From the NCBI RefSeq assembly GCF_028641065.1, contig NC_073393.1, positions 19,964,001 to 20,028,000 of the forward strand: DNA of 64,000 nt. The letters run 5' to 3'. The notes beneath the pieces are model-generated. The model saw nothing but the letters and a program-made list of their open reading frames with translations. It ran no database searches and was not told the origin of the DNA. Both the position numbers and the translations under genes were made by a program. Shown here one piece after another: positions 62,601 through 64,000 of the stretch (its first letter is position 1; each line of letters opens with the position of its first letter). The stretch comes from Leucoraja erinacea. Lineage: Eukaryota.

Positions 62601-63485
62601 AGATTTGGTCTCACCAATGCCTTGTACAATTTTAACATTACATCCCAGCTTCTATACTCAATGCTCTGATTTATAAAGGCTAGCTTTCTTTACCACCCTA
62701 TCTATATGAGATTCCACCCTCAAGGAACTATGCACGGTTATACCCAGATCCCTCTGTTCAACTGTATTCTTCAATTCCCTACCATGTTCTTGAACCATTA
62801 ACATGTTATGTTATTTGATTGGACAGTTTTTATCATATTGTGTCTTAAACATAGTAATACATGATTCATAAGCACTGTCAATGTCTCTTTTTGATATATA
62901 ATGTCCCAATGTTGTGCCAATGGGTCCCTTTTTAGTGCATTGATAGCTTCCTCCGATCTCACTCGTCTATATTCTGTTAGTTTGTTTGATTTGTTGTTCC
63001 TGTGGATGTAATCATAAACTATGAAAACTGGCAAGTGGTCACTTATATCGTTGATTAATAATCCACTTACTGTTTTGTTTTCAATGTCATTGTTGAATAT
63101 ATTGTCAATGAGTGTAGCACAATGGGAAGTAATTCTACTGGGTCTGGTGATTTTGGGAAATAGACTCATACTGTACATTGTGTTGCCAATGTCTTCTGTA
63201 AGGTTATGTTGGTTAGGATTTAGTAGGTCGATATTGAAATCTCCACATAAAAAAACTGATTTGCTACTTGTTATTGAAAACATACTGTCCATCCAGCACC
63301 TGAAAATTTCAATACTTGACCCCGGTGCCCTATATATGCAGCTAATGATGACATTTTTATTTCTACCGTTGTATATTTCTATAGTTATGCATTCCTGCAG
63401 ATTGTCAACCACAGTTGTCATATTATATAATACCCTATAATTCAGAGTTGTATCCACATATAGTGCTACCCCTCCTCCAAGGTCA
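59676..63485 (-). mobile_element. L2/Crack-like LINE ORF2 (EN plus RT), disrupted
   Basis: EN: GGGVALYV, CIYRAPG, GDFNIDLL, LIDNIF, SDHLPVF. RT: NYRPVSLLP, GVPQGSVLGP, LFADD. (TAAACAAA)-type tail. Clade tentative. Confidence 0.8.
62048..62785 (-). mobile_element. CR1 3' fragment nested in the L2/Crack-like LINE
   Basis: ORF 62132-62638 is close to the RT C-terminus of 52576-53937; ACCATATA tail. Confidence 0.88.
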
Positions 63486-63754
63486 AAACACAATTGGTGA
63501 CCCATCGTGTTAATACGATGTTAACAGAAACATGTAACAAGTGATTAACAGTGACACCCCCTCTGTCTCGCGGAAAGCGAAGAATTTAATTGATTTTGTT
63601 TCACCGAATTTCAAAATCCGGATTACAAAACATGGGAGGGATTGTCCCCTATCATTCAAAACATGGGAGGGACGTGTCCCCCCACGTACCCCCCCCCCCC
63701 CCCCCCTTCCCCCAGAATTTCCGCCCATGCCTGCCAACATCTCCGCAAAGATGA

Positions 63755-64000
63755 TAATGCGGATAAATGTGAGGTTATCCACTTTGGTAGCAAAAACAGA
63801 AAGGCAGATTACTATCTAAAGGGCGTCAAATTGGGAAAAGGGGAAGTACAACGGGATCTGGGGGGTCCTTGTACATCAGTCTATGAAAGTAAGCATGCAG
63901 GTACAGCAGGCAGTGAAGAAAGTGAATGGCATGTTGGCCTTCATAACAAGAGGAATCGAGTATAGGAGCAAAGAGGTCCTTCTGCAGTCGTACAGAGTAC
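63755..64000 (+). mobile_element. CR1 RT fragment running off the window end
   Basis: NADKCEVIHFGSKNRKADYYL..RDLG. Confidence 0.8.

Overview
Vertebrate genomic DNA, very probably from a cartilaginous fish such as a skate or ray (inferred from HE1/V-SINE-type SINEs, abundant CR1 LINEs and Penelope-like elements). The window holds a tandem cluster of three + strand copies of a multi-exon immunoglobulin-superfamily receptor gene, which I assembled by hand from GT-AG splice sites: leader, germline-joined V(J) domain, C1 domain, TM, then three cytoplasmic exons. Copy A (179-6265, leader and V upstream of the window) and copy B (17076-28125, complete, 353 aa) have neutral TMs and a four-tyrosine tail with two canonical ITIMs, spaced much like the SIRP-alpha tail. 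Copy C (45221-52196, 294 aa) has a TM arginine, a Tyr>His change in the first tyrosine motif and a stop codon before the other three, which is the signature of an activating partner. The best candidate system is therefore a paired inhibitory/activating VJ-C1 receptor family. A divergent relic V exon lies at about 41.9-42.2 kb. The rest is mostly transposable elements (CR1, RTE-X-like, L2/Crack-like, Penelope-like, V-SINEs, MITEs). The stretch at about 8.5-12.7 kb looks like poorly polished assembly. Gene models are predictions from sequence only, and no database search was run.
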